Source of the DNA: Candidatus Babeliales bacterium
Lineage (GTDB): Bacteria > Babelota > Babeliae > Babelales > JABCYS01
DNA: 42,298 bases
Direction of reading: 5' to 3'
Assembly (NCBI GenBank): GCA_016929235.1
Contig: JAFGJD010000004.1
Coordinates: forward strand, 128,866 to 171,163
Under the pieces are notes generated by a model, which made no database searches, was not told where the DNA came from, and worked only from the letters and a program-made list of their open reading frames with translations. A program made the translations under genes and the position numbers. This document shows positions 1-10,028 of this stretch, piece by piece (the first letter of the stretch is position 1; every line of letters begins with the position of its first letter).

Positions 1-942
1 GCTGTTAGTATGGCATTGTATCGTGCACAAAGTATTCAGGAGCAGGTTTCACTGTATGAGATTATTGCATGGTGGTGTGGCAGAGAATCGGTTGCTATGC
101 CAATCCCTTTGTTTAATGTCATTAACGGCGGGGCACATGCAGATAATAATCTCTTGATACAGGAAATTATGGTGGTTCCTGTTGGTGCGCAAAATTTTAG
201 GGATGCCCTTGAATGTTCAATTGTCCTTTATCATGAACTTAAAGCTATCTTGAAAAAGAAGGGCAAAAGTATTGCGGTTGGTGATGAAGGTGGTTTTGCT
301 CCCCAGTTTTCTGATGAAATCGAAGCTCTTAATATATTAAATGAGGCGCTCCTAGCTTGTGATAAACAGCGTAGCAATATCTTCTCTGTTGCGCTTGATA
401 TGGCTGCATCACAGTTTTATAAACCACGCTTAAAAAAATATGACTGGCATGGTGACCAGGTTACGGCAGACCAAATGATTGAATATTACGAACAGCTGAT
501 TGATAACTTCCCTATCTATTCTATTGAAGACGGACTTGCAGAAACTGATTGGGCTGGATGGAAAAAAATGATGAAAAGGCTTGGTGACAGGGTACAAATT
601 GTTGCTGATGATCTTACGGTTACCAATCCTAAATTCATTGAAAAATGCGCAAACGAACAAGCAGCCAATGCCGTGATTATTAAACCAAATCAGATTGGTA
701 CAGTGACTGAAACTTTGCAAGCAATGCAGATAGCTGAAGAACGGGATATGAATATTATCGTATCTCATCGTTCGGGAGAAACCGAAGATACATTTATTGC
801 TGATCTAGCAATTGGTGCTATGGCAGGACAATTCAAAGCTGGTGGTTGTGCGCGTGGTGAACGTATGGCGAAATACAACCGCTTATTGCGTATAGAAGAT
901 ACGTTGATGAATCTTATGATGGATACGAAACTTACAGCGTAA
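1..942 (+). CDS. eno: Enolase (5'-truncated by window edge)
   Basis: Motifs NVINGGAHADN, VGDEGGFAP, IEDGLAE, IIKPNQIGTVTET, VSHRSGETED, ERMAKYNRLLRIE. Frame is open from base 1 (AVSMAL), so the true start is upstream. Confidence 0.97.
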   Translation, partial: AVSMALYRAQSIQEQVSLYEIIAWWCGRESVAMPIPLFNVINGGAHADNNLLIQEIMVVPVGAQNFRDALECSIVLYHELKAILKKKGKSIAVGDEGGFAPQFSDEIEALNILNEALLACDKQRSNIFSVALDMAASQFYKPRLKKYDWHGDQVTADQMIEYYEQLIDNFPIYSIEDGLAETDWAGWKKMMKRLGDRVQIVADDLTVTNPKFIEKCANEQAANAVIIKPNQIGTVTETLQAMQIAEERDMNIIVSHRSGETEDTFIADLAIGAMAGQFKAGGCARGERMAKYNRLLRIEDTLMNLMMDTKLTA

Positions 943-3241
943 AGGCAGGATTTTTCTGATTCTTTTTTAAAATGCCCGCTCTGCGCTTCAATGATGATCC
1001 TGATTGTTGCTTAGGAATGATACTTTTCTCAGGGACTTCCTGTGGGTAGACCTGCTTTGGTTGATCAATACTGGTATCAAGATTTTGATATTGCTTCATA
1101 AGATCAGAGCCACCATGTTCAGGAATTCTAAAGAACCAGTGATTGATAGGATCTTTGAGCTGGCCAAAAAGGTCATTTTCGTCGTTTGAAACAAGATTTT
1201 TCCCGTATGCAAATTTTCGTTCAGTTGCATCAGACATTCCACCTTCTGCCCGTGGACGAATGATAGTTGGTGAAACAAAGATCATTAGATTATCTTTTTT
1301 TGTTGTTTGCACCTTGCCTTTAAAGAGCCACCCGATTATAGGAATCTTGGCAAGAAGAGGCGTTTCTCTGCTCGTATCACTTTCGTGTGTTCTAACTAAT
1401 CCTCCAAGAACAAGCACTTCACCATTCCCAACGGTTGCATTGGTTCTAACTGTTCGTATGGTTTTTGAGTTATCAGTTGCCGTTCTATCGATAAAGTCTT
1501 CAACGTGAATGGCGATGTCGAGATTGATTTTATTGTTTGTGCTAATACGTGGCAAAACATCCACTTCAAGTTTGGCAGGGAAGTTTGTATTTTGAATATT
1601 AATGGTGCCATCAGGCTGAGTAACTGCGCGATCACGGATGAGTCGTGTTTCAGAAAGTGTAATACGAGCTTGTTGATGATTTAACACAATGTTATGAGGA
1701 TGTGACAAAATTTTAGAGTTAGTGTACTCCTTGAGCGTTTGTAATACCCACCAGATTCCACTGCCTATTGTGTCTTGAAAGCTCAGAATGAATGATCCGG
1801 GTGTTGCGAATGATGCAATGTTGCCAGTTGTGCTTCCCGACGTAAACAGTGTGAGCAAGTTCGCAGCCACAGTTGTTGGATTGGTAGCGTTGTCAAGAAC
1901 CGGTGCGGACATGTGAGCTGCTTGAAAATTAGCATTCTTTATCGGTGTATCTTGTTTATTTCGTGTTTGACTTGCCAGAATTTTATCATGATCGAGTGTG
2001 ACGTCAGCAATTAATACTTCGATTGCGACTTGCGATTGTGGCTTATCTAGGGATGCAATCAATTCTTTAATATGAACCCAGTCTCGTTTGTTTGACGCAA
2101 TAAGAAGACGATTTCCACCTCTGAGCACTTTCCCTACTTCACCAATGGATGATTGTGTTTGCAGTGTTTTACCTTGTTCTTCTTCGAATGTTTCCACTTC
2201 AATAATGACATTTTTAAATTGTTCTTCGAGTGGTGTCGTTCCCTTGGATTGGTCATCTGCTTTTTGTGCAGCAATCATACTCTTGAGCGTTGTCTGTAGT
2301 TTTTGTGCATCGAGGTATTGTAGGTCATATACATGAATAAGCGAGTCTCCTGATTCAAGCGGAATATCGACATATTTGTAGATGAAGTCTTTCAGCCGAT
2401 CGACAGCTTTTTCTTTGCCGAGAATGATCAAAGAATTGGTTCGTGTTAGGGGAACAACCTTTGTGCCTTTAACAAAATACTCCGGAGATTCAATGGTTTG
2501 TGCAAAGGTGAACGTTGCTTTCGAATCATTTTGTTTTGTCAGGAGATTGCTATTGATAAAGTTAGATACGAATGTTGCATCGGTATGAGAAAGCTTGATA
2601 ATTTCAACAACTTCACGAAATCCGATCTTATCTAATTCCGTAATGACAGTCATGCCTGTTTTAATGAGATGTGCTTTCCCTATAATAAGCATAGAGTTGC
2701 TTCCAGCGTCAAAACTTACATCAGAAAGCCCAAGATCAGTTAGGATAGTTTTTATCTCATCGGTATAGCGTTTAAGGTTTCCGCTTGGGTCGACCTTAAA
2801 GTGATCAAAATAATAGACATATCGAATTCGCTCATCTGTATGTGGGAGTTCTTCTGGAGGTATACCAATGTAGACCTGAAGAGGATCTTTGACAGAACCT
2901 GTTTTTGCGTTTTCATCCTTCTTTTTAATGATATAGTCATCCCCGTATGGATTCATGTAATATCCTGCAACATCCAGGATGGTATATAAGAAGTTAAATG
3001 CATCTTCAAGGGGAACTTTTTTTTGATTGTGTAATGTAACTTTAAAGGCTAGAGGTATGGCATTAGTATGTATAATGATGTTGACGCGCATTTTCGAGGC
3101 GAGGTAATTGATAATCGTATTTACGTCTTCATTCTCAAAATTAAGACTGATTTTCTTATGGGAGCTAGATGAGGCATACATATCAGAAATGCTTAGTCCG
3201 ACTGTATATGCAAGTAATATTGCAAGAAGCTTCTTCATCAT
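932..3241 (-). CDS. gspD: Type II secretion secretin GspD, second copy
   Basis: Signal peptide, N0 (ISLNFENEDV), three N1-N3 repeats, LDKPQSQVAIEVLIADV, VLVLGGLV, PLLAKIPIIGWLFK, NLMIFVSPTII. Confidence 0.92.
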   Translation of the reverse strand: MMKKLLAILLAYTVGLSISDMYASSSSHKKISLNFENEDVNTIINYLASKMRVNIIIHTNAIPLAFKVTLHNQKKVPLEDAFNFLYTILDVAGYYMNPYGDDYIIKKKDENAKTGSVKDPLQVYIGIPPEELPHTDERIRYVYYFDHFKVDPSGNLKRYTDEIKTILTDLGLSDVSFDAGSNSMLIIGKAHLIKTGMTVITELDKIGFREVVEIIKLSHTDATFVSNFINSNLLTKQNDSKATFTFAQTIESPEYFVKGTKVVPLTRTNSLIILGKEKAVDRLKDFIYKYVDIPLESGDSLIHVYDLQYLDAQKLQTTLKSMIAAQKADDQSKGTTPLEEQFKNVIIEVETFEEEQGKTLQTQSSIGEVGKVLRGGNRLLIASNKRDWVHIKELIASLDKPQSQVAIEVLIADVTLDHDKILASQTRNKQDTPIKNANFQAAHMSAPVLDNATNPTTVAANLLTLFTSGSTTGNIASFATPGSFILSFQDTIGSGIWWVLQTLKEYTNSKILSHPHNIVLNHQQARITLSETRLIRDRAVTQPDGTINIQNTNFPAKLEVDVLPRISTNNKINLDIAIHVEDFIDRTATDNSKTIRTVRTNATVGNGEVLVLGGLVRTHESDTSRETPLLAKIPIIGWLFKGKVQTTKKDNLMIFVSPTIIRPRAEGGMSDATERKFAYGKNLVSNDENDLFGQLKDPINHWFFRIPEHGGSDLMKQYQNLDTSIDQPKQVYPQEVPEKSIIPKQQSGSSLKRRAGILKKNQKNPAFTL

Positions 3242-3242
3242 A

Positions 3243-3800
3243 TTACTCCACGGCTTTCGTTTCTAGGGTTCCAACGGTAAGTTGCACGTCGAGCTTATTT
3301 GTGTTTTCTTGTTTTGTAATAGCGATGTCCTTTGTGTACACGCGTTCACTTTGTTCTAACTTGTGAAGACACTCGGTCAGTTGTTTCATATCAATTCCTG
3401 TTAAGTGAATCGCAACTCGGACCTCTGAATAGCCGGGCATATTCTCAAGGGGCTCTTCGGTTGGCGTCATACTTGCTTTGTACTGAGCAAGTTGGAGAGA
3501 GGCGAGGGTATCATTAAGGTAGCCAACAATTTTAAATGTCGGATCTTTGGCAAGAAGCAGCGCGACAGCTTCTTTCTGTTGTTTGACGTGCTCGTACTGT
3601 CCAAGAAGTTTTTGAGTTATTTCTCGATTATTATTAATGCGGCGAATTTTGCGTTTCATACTCGTCATGGAGTTATAGTGCCGATACATAATGCCACCGG
3701 TGATACCTACGGCGATTGAGAGCGAGCTGATGAGATAGAGCTTGAATTCTCGCGCATCAAGAGAATCAACAAACTGTTTAATAGGAGTGAGAAATTTCAT
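3243..3800 (-). CDS. gspM: GspM-like inner-membrane platform protein
   Basis: SLDARE before one TM helix, then coiled coil and a ferredoxin-like C-terminus (IHLTGIDMKQLTECLHKLE). Directly follows gspL. Confidence 0.7.
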   Translation of the reverse strand: MKFLTPIKQFVDSLDAREFKLYLISSLSIAVGITGGIMYRHYNSMTSMKRKIRRINNNREITQKLLGQYEHVKQQKEAVALLLAKDPTFKIVGYLNDTLASLQLAQYKASMTPTEEPLENMPGYSEVRVAIHLTGIDMKQLTECLHKLEQSERVYTKDIAITKQENTNKLDVQLTVGTLETKAVE

Positions 3801-5251
3801 ATTGACTCCACATCTTTGCTAAGGGTAATGGTAATATTGAATGCAGGTTCCTGTGGCCGAGATACGGTGCCGAGCTGTGCCTTATTCAGTTCTTCCTCGA
3901 ATATCACGAGGGCAGGAATGTCTTTGACTTCTCCCTTGAGTGTGATGAGGTCATGGGTTATCGTGAGATTTTTTAGTTTTAGCTCTGTACTCTCTGTATC
4001 GATCGCCCCGCAAAGTTTCTCGAGATATGTTAGGAATGAAGAGCGGGTTGAACGTGAAAAGGCAAACCAAATTCGATTCTGTGTTTCAACATAACTTTGT
4101 GCTTCTTCGACAAGGCGCTCAACGTTTCGTTCACCAGAAACGTTGAGATTACTTTGGATGGTATTTTTGAGTTTCTGTTCAGATTGTTTAATAGACATTT
4201 CTACTTTAGTGAGTTGCATCTGGCTAATTGTAAACAGCATAATAATGGTAGTGATAAAAAGCCCTAGTGCTGTAAATAGTTGTTGTGCAAATAGGTTCAT
4301 GCTTGGCTTCTCAAATTCCTGGCTCATCAAGGAGCAATATTCAGAGGCATCATTAGGGAGGCTGAGTACGCAACTTATTAGTGCGTCATTTGTTATTTCT
4401 ATGTTGCCCAGGATCCCTTCTTTATTAATAAACGAAGTCCCCTCTAAGATGGTAACGGGCATATTTAGTTTTGAATGCAGGTCTTTCTGAACATTGATTA
4501 GGTTATTTCCTGAACAAATAAAGAGTTCTGTGACCTCTGGGCCAATCCTACCAAAGCTAGTTAACGTTTGGCCTATGCTACTAATAGTTTCTGTAGTGAA
4601 TTCTGATTGCGTTTTGATAGTACGACAGTCAACGAGTTGTCCATTCTTGATATACCCAATGTTGATATGATTCATGCCGAGAATGATTAATGCAGCGGTA
4701 GTTTGTGCTGGGGCATTACATTGTTTCCATATTTCATAAGCTGCAAAAAGGTCGACAATGATACTGGTAGGAGTTAAGCCTCCAGCCTCAAGCTGTGCTA
4801 TGTGTTCAGCAACGTGTTGCTTTTGTGTAGCGGCGACTAAGATTGTTGAATGATTCGTTCCCTTTTCAGTGATGATAAAATCAAGTAGTGCATCCTGCGT
4901 AGAAAAAGGAAGAAGTTTTTCTACCTCATATGGAAGTACCAACTCAATTTTATCCCGGGAAATAAAAGGCAATGTCAGTGAGCGAAATGTTACTAGTGAA
5001 CTAGGGAATGCTGTCCTTAATATATCATATTTCCCTAGTTTGGCCTTAATGTTTGCGAGTGCAGTTGTTAGTGCTTCCGGTATTTCATTGGGTACTGTTT
5101 CTCGAAAGAGTGCTTCGAGCGTTTTGGTTGTCCCATACATATAACTTTTACATGCAATGACTTCGTTAACCCGTATTTCGAGACCAACGGCGCGCTGGGG
5201 AAAGACGTAGTAATCATTCACTTTTTCGGGTAACAGTACATTGCGTATCAT
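3797..5251 (-). CDS. gspL: GspL/PilM-PilN-like protein
   Basis: Actin-like N-domain (AVGLEI, FRSLTLPF, LPYEVEKLLPF), one TM, periplasmic PilN-like end (ITLKGEV). ATGA overlaps with both neighbours. Confidence 0.75.
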   Translation of the reverse strand: MIRNVLLPEKVNDYYVFPQRAVGLEIRVNEVIACKSYMYGTTKTLEALFRETVPNEIPEALTTALANIKAKLGKYDILRTAFPSSLVTFRSLTLPFISRDKIELVLPYEVEKLLPFSTQDALLDFIITEKGTNHSTILVAATQKQHVAEHIAQLEAGGLTPTSIIVDLFAAYEIWKQCNAPAQTTAALIILGMNHINIGYIKNGQLVDCRTIKTQSEFTTETISSIGQTLTSFGRIGPEVTELFICSGNNLINVQKDLHSKLNMPVTILEGTSFINKEGILGNIEITNDALISCVLSLPNDASEYCSLMSQEFEKPSMNLFAQQLFTALGLFITTIIMLFTISQMQLTKVEMSIKQSEQKLKNTIQSNLNVSGERNVERLVEEAQSYVETQNRIWFAFSRSTRSSFLTYLEKLCGAIDTESTELKLKNLTITHDLITLKGEVKDIPALVIFEEELNKAQLGTVSRPQEPAFNITITLSKDVESI

Positions 5252-7560
5252 GATGGCTGCTCTCCTGGCTCTTTGTCAGTCTTTTTGATGTAGTAATCAG
5301 GCTGTGCAATATCAACGCGTCGTTCTTGAAAGCGGCGGCTCATAAAATCATCAAATTCTTCTGTTTTATCATCACTGCTCTTGAAGAACCATCTATGAAT
5401 AGGATCACGTTCTTCTGATCTATCTCGTATGTCATGCATGGTATTGCTCGTATATTTTGCTTTATTTTGTGTATACGAGGAGGCACCACCTTCAGTGAGT
5501 GGCTGGATAATTTCAGGAGTGATAAAAATGAGCAGATTTTGTTTCTCTTTGCTCTTAGATTTGTTTTTGAATAACCAGCCAAGTAGTGGGATATCTCCCA
5601 AAATGGGAATCTTGGTTTGTGTTTCGGTAATCTTGCTTCTGATCAAGCCGCCTATAGCTAATATTTCTTTATTGGCAAGAATGACCTTTGTCTCAACGGT
5701 TTTAATATTACGCGTTGCGTCTGTTGGGTCAGTTGTATTGGTAAACTCGTCAATGCTGATTGATACATCCATCGTAATCATGCCTTCAGAGTTTATCTGA
5801 GGTGTGATTACCACCTTAAGCGATGCCGTTAAGCTATCATCACTGCTAGCGGTATTGGAGCCAGAAATAACCTGACCGACAGCAACCCGACGAGTTTCTC
5901 CAAGCTCGACAGTTGATTGATATTTATTGGCCGTAACAAGAAATGGATTTGATACTATATTGGTTTGTACCTGTGTTGAAAGCATCTTAAAGATTGCCCA
6001 GATATTTCCTTCTTGCCCAAGGGTTAGAAGTGTAGAACCTGCTTCATTGCCCGTAGCAAGACTAATAAGATTAGCCATGATACTGCCAGTTGTTGAATTG
6101 ATGATAGGTGATGTTCCTGAGCCACTTCTGATGAGGCCTGAATTCTGGAAGTTAACATTTGGATTAATCAAGTCGCTTGTTTTATTTCTCATTTGAGAGC
6201 CAAGCACCTTGTTCTTAGATAAGTTGACATCGACAATGAGGACCTCGATTGCAACTTGCGGTTGCATAATATCAAGGCGTTCAATGACTTCCTTTGCTTT
6301 CATGTAGTCATCATAGTTGCCCTTGATAATGAGGCGGTTTCCTTCTGGCTCTGCAGTGAAGGAGATCTTATTGAAATATTTGTCGCCATCGCGAACACTA
6401 CCATGCTGCGCAGGAACGGTACCAATGCCAAATTGTGTAACGTTGTTTAAGATAGTTGCCATGCTTGTAGCATTAGTATGTTGAAGATCGTATACATACA
6501 ATGGAGAAGGGGAACCGATAACTTCGACATCTACTTTTTTGATAAATTCTTCTAGTTTTTGAATTGATTCCTTATTTCCGAGTAATAAGAGAGCATTTGT
6601 TCTTGGTTCTGCAAGTACACTTGTTGATTGCGGGAATAAGAACGACTCTTGGTTTCTTCTGCCGCCAAACAACTGCGCGAGTTTACTTCGCGCTTCTTCT
6701 GTTGGTTTGACCAGATCACTGAATAACTTTTGGATATCTTCAGCATGGGCATACTGCAGTTTCACTACTGAGAGCATTTCAGGCATTTGCGTTGTATCAA
6801 GCTCTTGAACCACTTTCATGAGAGCCTTGATATTGTATGATTTGTCAGTGATGACCAGTGCTCTTAGATTGATAAATGAGCTTAGTGATGAGGTAACGCC
6901 GCGGAGTTGGTCAAGAATAGGGGAAAGACTTTCGACAGAGGTATTTTGTAAGAAGTAGACATATCGAATGCGTGTATCGTTATTTGGTAGATTGCGAGGA
7001 TCAGTACCAATATATGTTGGAAGGGCAACTTTATTTGCCTTGTCGGCCGATGCAGCAACTATCCGATGAACATCGGGGTATGGCGTTTCTGCCAATGAAA
7101 AACCTGCCATATCAAGAAAGACTGTGAACAGGTCCCATGCCTTCTGCCTAGTCATTGGACGCTCTGTTCTAAAAGAAATTTTATGTCCTGAGATGCCGCG
7201 ACCTCCCTGTGATATTGGGTTGACCGAATCGTCCATGATGAATGAAACATTGAATAGATCAGCCATATAATTGATTACATTACTCAATTCAGCGTCTTGG
7301 AAATTGAATTCTATTGTTGCGTCTTCGCCCTCAGCCTGTTCAAGCATGGCATCAATCGTTTTATCAATTTTTTGCTCAGCAGTAAGCGGAGTTGCTTGTG
7401 GTTGAGCTGCAGGAGTTATTGCTTTTTTGCGAGACTTTTTCGTGAGTGAAGATTTTATGCGTCGTTCTGGTTTTTGGGCAGAAAGCAACGACGTTCCCAT
7501 GCCGCATAATATAAGCAGGATTGTGAATGTCGTTGCGATTATGTGTCGTAGACCTTGCAT
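5248..7560 (-). CDS. gspD: Type II secretion secretin GspD, first copy
   Basis: Signal peptide, N0 (IEFNFQDAEL), N1-N3 repeats (AEPRTNALLL), LDIMQPQVAIEVLIVDV, KIPILGDIPLLGWLFK, NLLIFITPEII. Confidence 0.93.
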   Translation of the reverse strand: MQGLRHIIATTFTILLILCGMGTSLLSAQKPERRIKSSLTKKSRKKAITPAAQPQATPLTAEQKIDKTIDAMLEQAEGEDATIEFNFQDAELSNVINYMADLFNVSFIMDDSVNPISQGGRGISGHKISFRTERPMTRQKAWDLFTVFLDMAGFSLAETPYPDVHRIVAASADKANKVALPTYIGTDPRNLPNNDTRIRYVYFLQNTSVESLSPILDQLRGVTSSLSSFINLRALVITDKSYNIKALMKVVQELDTTQMPEMLSVVKLQYAHAEDIQKLFSDLVKPTEEARSKLAQLFGGRRNQESFLFPQSTSVLAEPRTNALLLLGNKESIQKLEEFIKKVDVEVIGSPSPLYVYDLQHTNATSMATILNNVTQFGIGTVPAQHGSVRDGDKYFNKISFTAEPEGNRLIIKGNYDDYMKAKEVIERLDIMQPQVAIEVLIVDVNLSKNKVLGSQMRNKTSDLINPNVNFQNSGLIRSGSGTSPIINSTTGSIMANLISLATGNEAGSTLLTLGQEGNIWAIFKMLSTQVQTNIVSNPFLVTANKYQSTVELGETRRVAVGQVISGSNTASSDDSLTASLKVVITPQINSEGMITMDVSISIDEFTNTTDPTDATRNIKTVETKVILANKEILAIGGLIRSKITETQTKIPILGDIPLLGWLFKNKSKSKEKQNLLIFITPEIIQPLTEGGASSYTQNKAKYTSNTMHDIRDRSEERDPIHRWFFKSSDDKTEEFDDFMSRRFQERRVDIAQPDYYIKKTDKEPGEQPS

Positions 7561-7574
7561 AGTTTACCCCGACC

Positions 7575-8717
7575 CTATAAATCAAACCGAGCTGGGTGAC
7601 TGCCAGCACCATGTTGTTCTAGTGATTTTATTTGCTTTAAGATACTACGTTTCTCACGCTTGCGTATAGTATCGAGTGTTGGGGCAAGCGTTTGCTTTTG
7701 CCTAAAGAGTTCGAGCTTCTCAGCTTCAATATCTTCTTCTGTTTTCTCAGGTGGTTCGACCCGGGGCAGTTCATTTTCATTATCATATGCTATATATGGC
7801 TTGCCCAGGGAATTTAATACTACATTTCTATGAAACTCCGCACCGCCTCGATTTCCTACAACGGAAATCGTTTCGCCAAGGGGGACTTTAAGTACCGCTT
7901 GGTAAATCTCTAGGCGATTTTTGTTGGTAGTGATTGGAATACCATTGACAGAAAGGAGGACATCTCCTTGTGTTAATTCAAGTTCCTTACCTAGTGAGCC
8001 TGATGTAACTTTACCTATACGGATGCCGGCGCTTCTTCCCTTTTTATAGACTGTTGTAATATCAAGCATCTCAATGAGCTGTGCAAGCGATGGTATAATT
8101 TCCTTGAACGCTTGGGGATCAATGATAAAAGTAGAATCTTTAACTTTCTTAATGATGCCATCCCATTGCTCTGCATCGTGAATTTCTGGCCCAAGTTTTG
8201 CATCTTCTTTTCTTAGATATAATAATTCTTCTTGCCCGTTTGCTCGAACAAGGAGGGTTCTGTTTCTAAAAATTCTCAGCACACTTGCATCGTCAATTTT
8301 GTCACCAATCTTAAAACTTTTTTCTTCCTTTGTACGGTTATTTGCAATAATAGCCCTATTAGTTTCATCTTGGCCGGTGATGATACAACCCTTCAGGGTC
8401 AGCTGGAGTGGTTCAACAAATTGCAACGGCTCTGGCTGTGGAATTCTAATTGGCAATGGCTGTGGTGGCGCGGGGAGGGGTGTGACGAAGGATTGTTGTT
8501 GTGGTTGAGGAAGTTGTTTGTGGTATGTCAGAAAGATGTCATTGTTATAGATTGATTCAATATCTATTTTGACATCTTCTTTCGTTTGCTCGGTGTAAGA
8601 AGTGGGTTCAAGAGAAACCCAACGAGGCGTGCGTTGACGAACTGCTATGAGCACCGTGATTGCCGTCACAAAAAGAATGAGCAATGAACTATTTAAAATC
8701 CAAACTGGATGGCGCAT
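7575..8717 (-). CDS. gspC: GspC with PDZ domain
   Basis: N-terminal TM, Pro-rich linker, HR domain (LTLKGCI...RAII...FKIGDKI), PDZ (GIRIGKV...LTQGDVLLSVNG). Immediately upstream of gspD. Confidence 0.85.
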   Translation of the reverse strand: MRHPVWILNSSLLILFVTAITVLIAVRQRTPRWVSLEPTSYTEQTKEDVKIDIESIYNNDIFLTYHKQLPQPQQQSFVTPLPAPPQPLPIRIPQPEPLQFVEPLQLTLKGCIITGQDETNRAIIANNRTKEEKSFKIGDKIDDASVLRIFRNRTLLVRANGQEELLYLRKEDAKLGPEIHDAEQWDGIIKKVKDSTFIIDPQAFKEIIPSLAQLIEMLDITTVYKKGRSAGIRIGKVTSGSLGKELELTQGDVLLSVNGIPITTNKNRLEIYQAVLKVPLGETISVVGNRGGAEFHRNVVLNSLGKPYIAYDNENELPRVEPPEKTEEDIEAEKLELFRQKQTLAPTLDTIRKREKRSILKQIKSLEQHGAGSHPARFDL

Positions 8718-8823
8718 TGATACATTCCTCTCGGCAGAGAATCGTCATGTTACAACAAGCATTGTATTCCCTAAAACCGGCTACCACATATTTGACGAAT
8801 TGACTGTCTAATTCTTACCTGCA

Positions 8824-8853
8824 ACTTTACTTGCTGAGGCCGTTTTTTGTCAA
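8824..8853 (-). promoter_or_regulatory. Putative sigma70 promoter of the T2SS operon
   Basis: TTGACA-18 bp-TAAAGT on the minus strand, about 105 nt upstream of gspC. Confidence 0.5.
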
Positions 8854-8914
8854 GACAATGCCCAGTTTTAGGGCGATTTTACGCTATTTCTGCTCTATAC
8901 GTATTGTTTCCATG

Positions 8915-9901
8915 CTATGGTGTTGGCACTGTCTTTACAATTGTAGTGATAAGATCATCTGTAATGATGTTATCAGCTTCTGCATGATAGGAAAGTGTGA
9001 TCCTATGTCTCATAACAGGTTTTGCCACTGCCTTTACATCGTCTGGCGTAACAAAATGCCGCTGTTGTATGAATGCATGCGCTTGCGCTGCATGGTAGAG
9101 TGCAATTGTTGCACGAGGTGATGCGCCATCTTGTATTGCTTCGGCGAGATTATCCAGTTGATATTTTGTTGGTGTTCGTGTTGCTTCTACAAGTGAAACA
9201 ATATAATCGACAATATGCTGGTTAACATAAACAGAACGGACGAGTTTTTGTGCAGTAGCAATGTCCGCATGGGAGAGAATATTGGTGATAGATGCAGGAT
9301 TAAATACGCGCGCTAATATCTCCTTTTCTTGATCTCGACTTGGGTATGTCATATGTAGTTTAAACATGAAGCGATCTATTTGTGCTTCTGGGAGTCGATA
9401 TGTTCCTTCTTGTTCAAGAGGATTTTGTGTTGCAAATACAAGAAAAGGTGATTCTAGGAGATATGTGTCTGAACCTATGGTCACTTGACGTTCTTGCATG
9501 GCTTCAAGTAAAGCAGCCTGTGCTTTTGCTGGGGCGCGATTAATTTCATCGGCGAGAATGAGGTTAGCGAAAATTGGTCCCCGCTTTGTTTCAAAATCAT
9601 TTGTTTTCTGATTATAGATCATGGTCCCGATGATATCGGCAGGGAGCAGATCAGGTGTGAACTGTAGACGCTTAAATGAAACCCCTAATGTCTGTGCAAC
9701 TGTTTTAATTAAAGTTGTTTTAGCGATGCCTGGAACGCCTTCGATGAGTAGATGGCCATCACACAGTAGGGCAATCATTGTGAATAAAATCGTATCGTGT
9801 TGTCCAACGATTACACGGCTAATCTCGTGGGTGAGCTGCTGAAATGTAATGCTCGCATTCTTGATTGCTTGGGGCTGCTCCTGAGAAAACGCAAGATCCA
9901 T
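8915..9901 (-). CDS. moxR: MoxR-family AAA+ ATPase
   Basis: HLLIEGVPGIAKT, RLQFTPDLLPADIIG, ADEINRAPAK, ATQNPLEQEGTYRLPEAQIDRF, GASPRA. Confidence 0.95.
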   Translation of the reverse strand: MDLAFSQEQPQAIKNASITFQQLTHEISRVIVGQHDTILFTMIALLCDGHLLIEGVPGIAKTTLIKTVAQTLGVSFKRLQFTPDLLPADIIGTMIYNQKTNDFETKRGPIFANLILADEINRAPAKAQAALLEAMQERQVTIGSDTYLLESPFLVFATQNPLEQEGTYRLPEAQIDRFMFKLHMTYPSRDQEKEILARVFNPASITNILSHADIATAQKLVRSVYVNQHIVDYIVSLVEATRTPTKYQLDNLAEAIQDGASPRATIALYHAAQAHAFIQQRHFVTPDDVKAVAKPVMRHRITLSYHAEADNIITDDLITTIVKTVPTP

Positions 9902-9979
9902 AGTGACTCATTCCTTTCGTACAGTTCAAGAGCAAAAGTCTATCATGGGTAGGTTGTTTTTCAATAAAGAGCGTAGTAC

Positions 9980-10008
9980 AAAAAAAGAGGCTGCATGTTG
10001 CAGCCTCT
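9980..10008 (-). terminator. Intrinsic terminator after the pentapeptide-repeat gene
   Basis: Stem AGAGGCTGCA/TGCAGCCTCT with 3-nt loop, followed by a U-tract on the minus strand. Confidence 0.8.
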
Positions 10009-10028
10009 GCATTTATATTTTATTAGAT

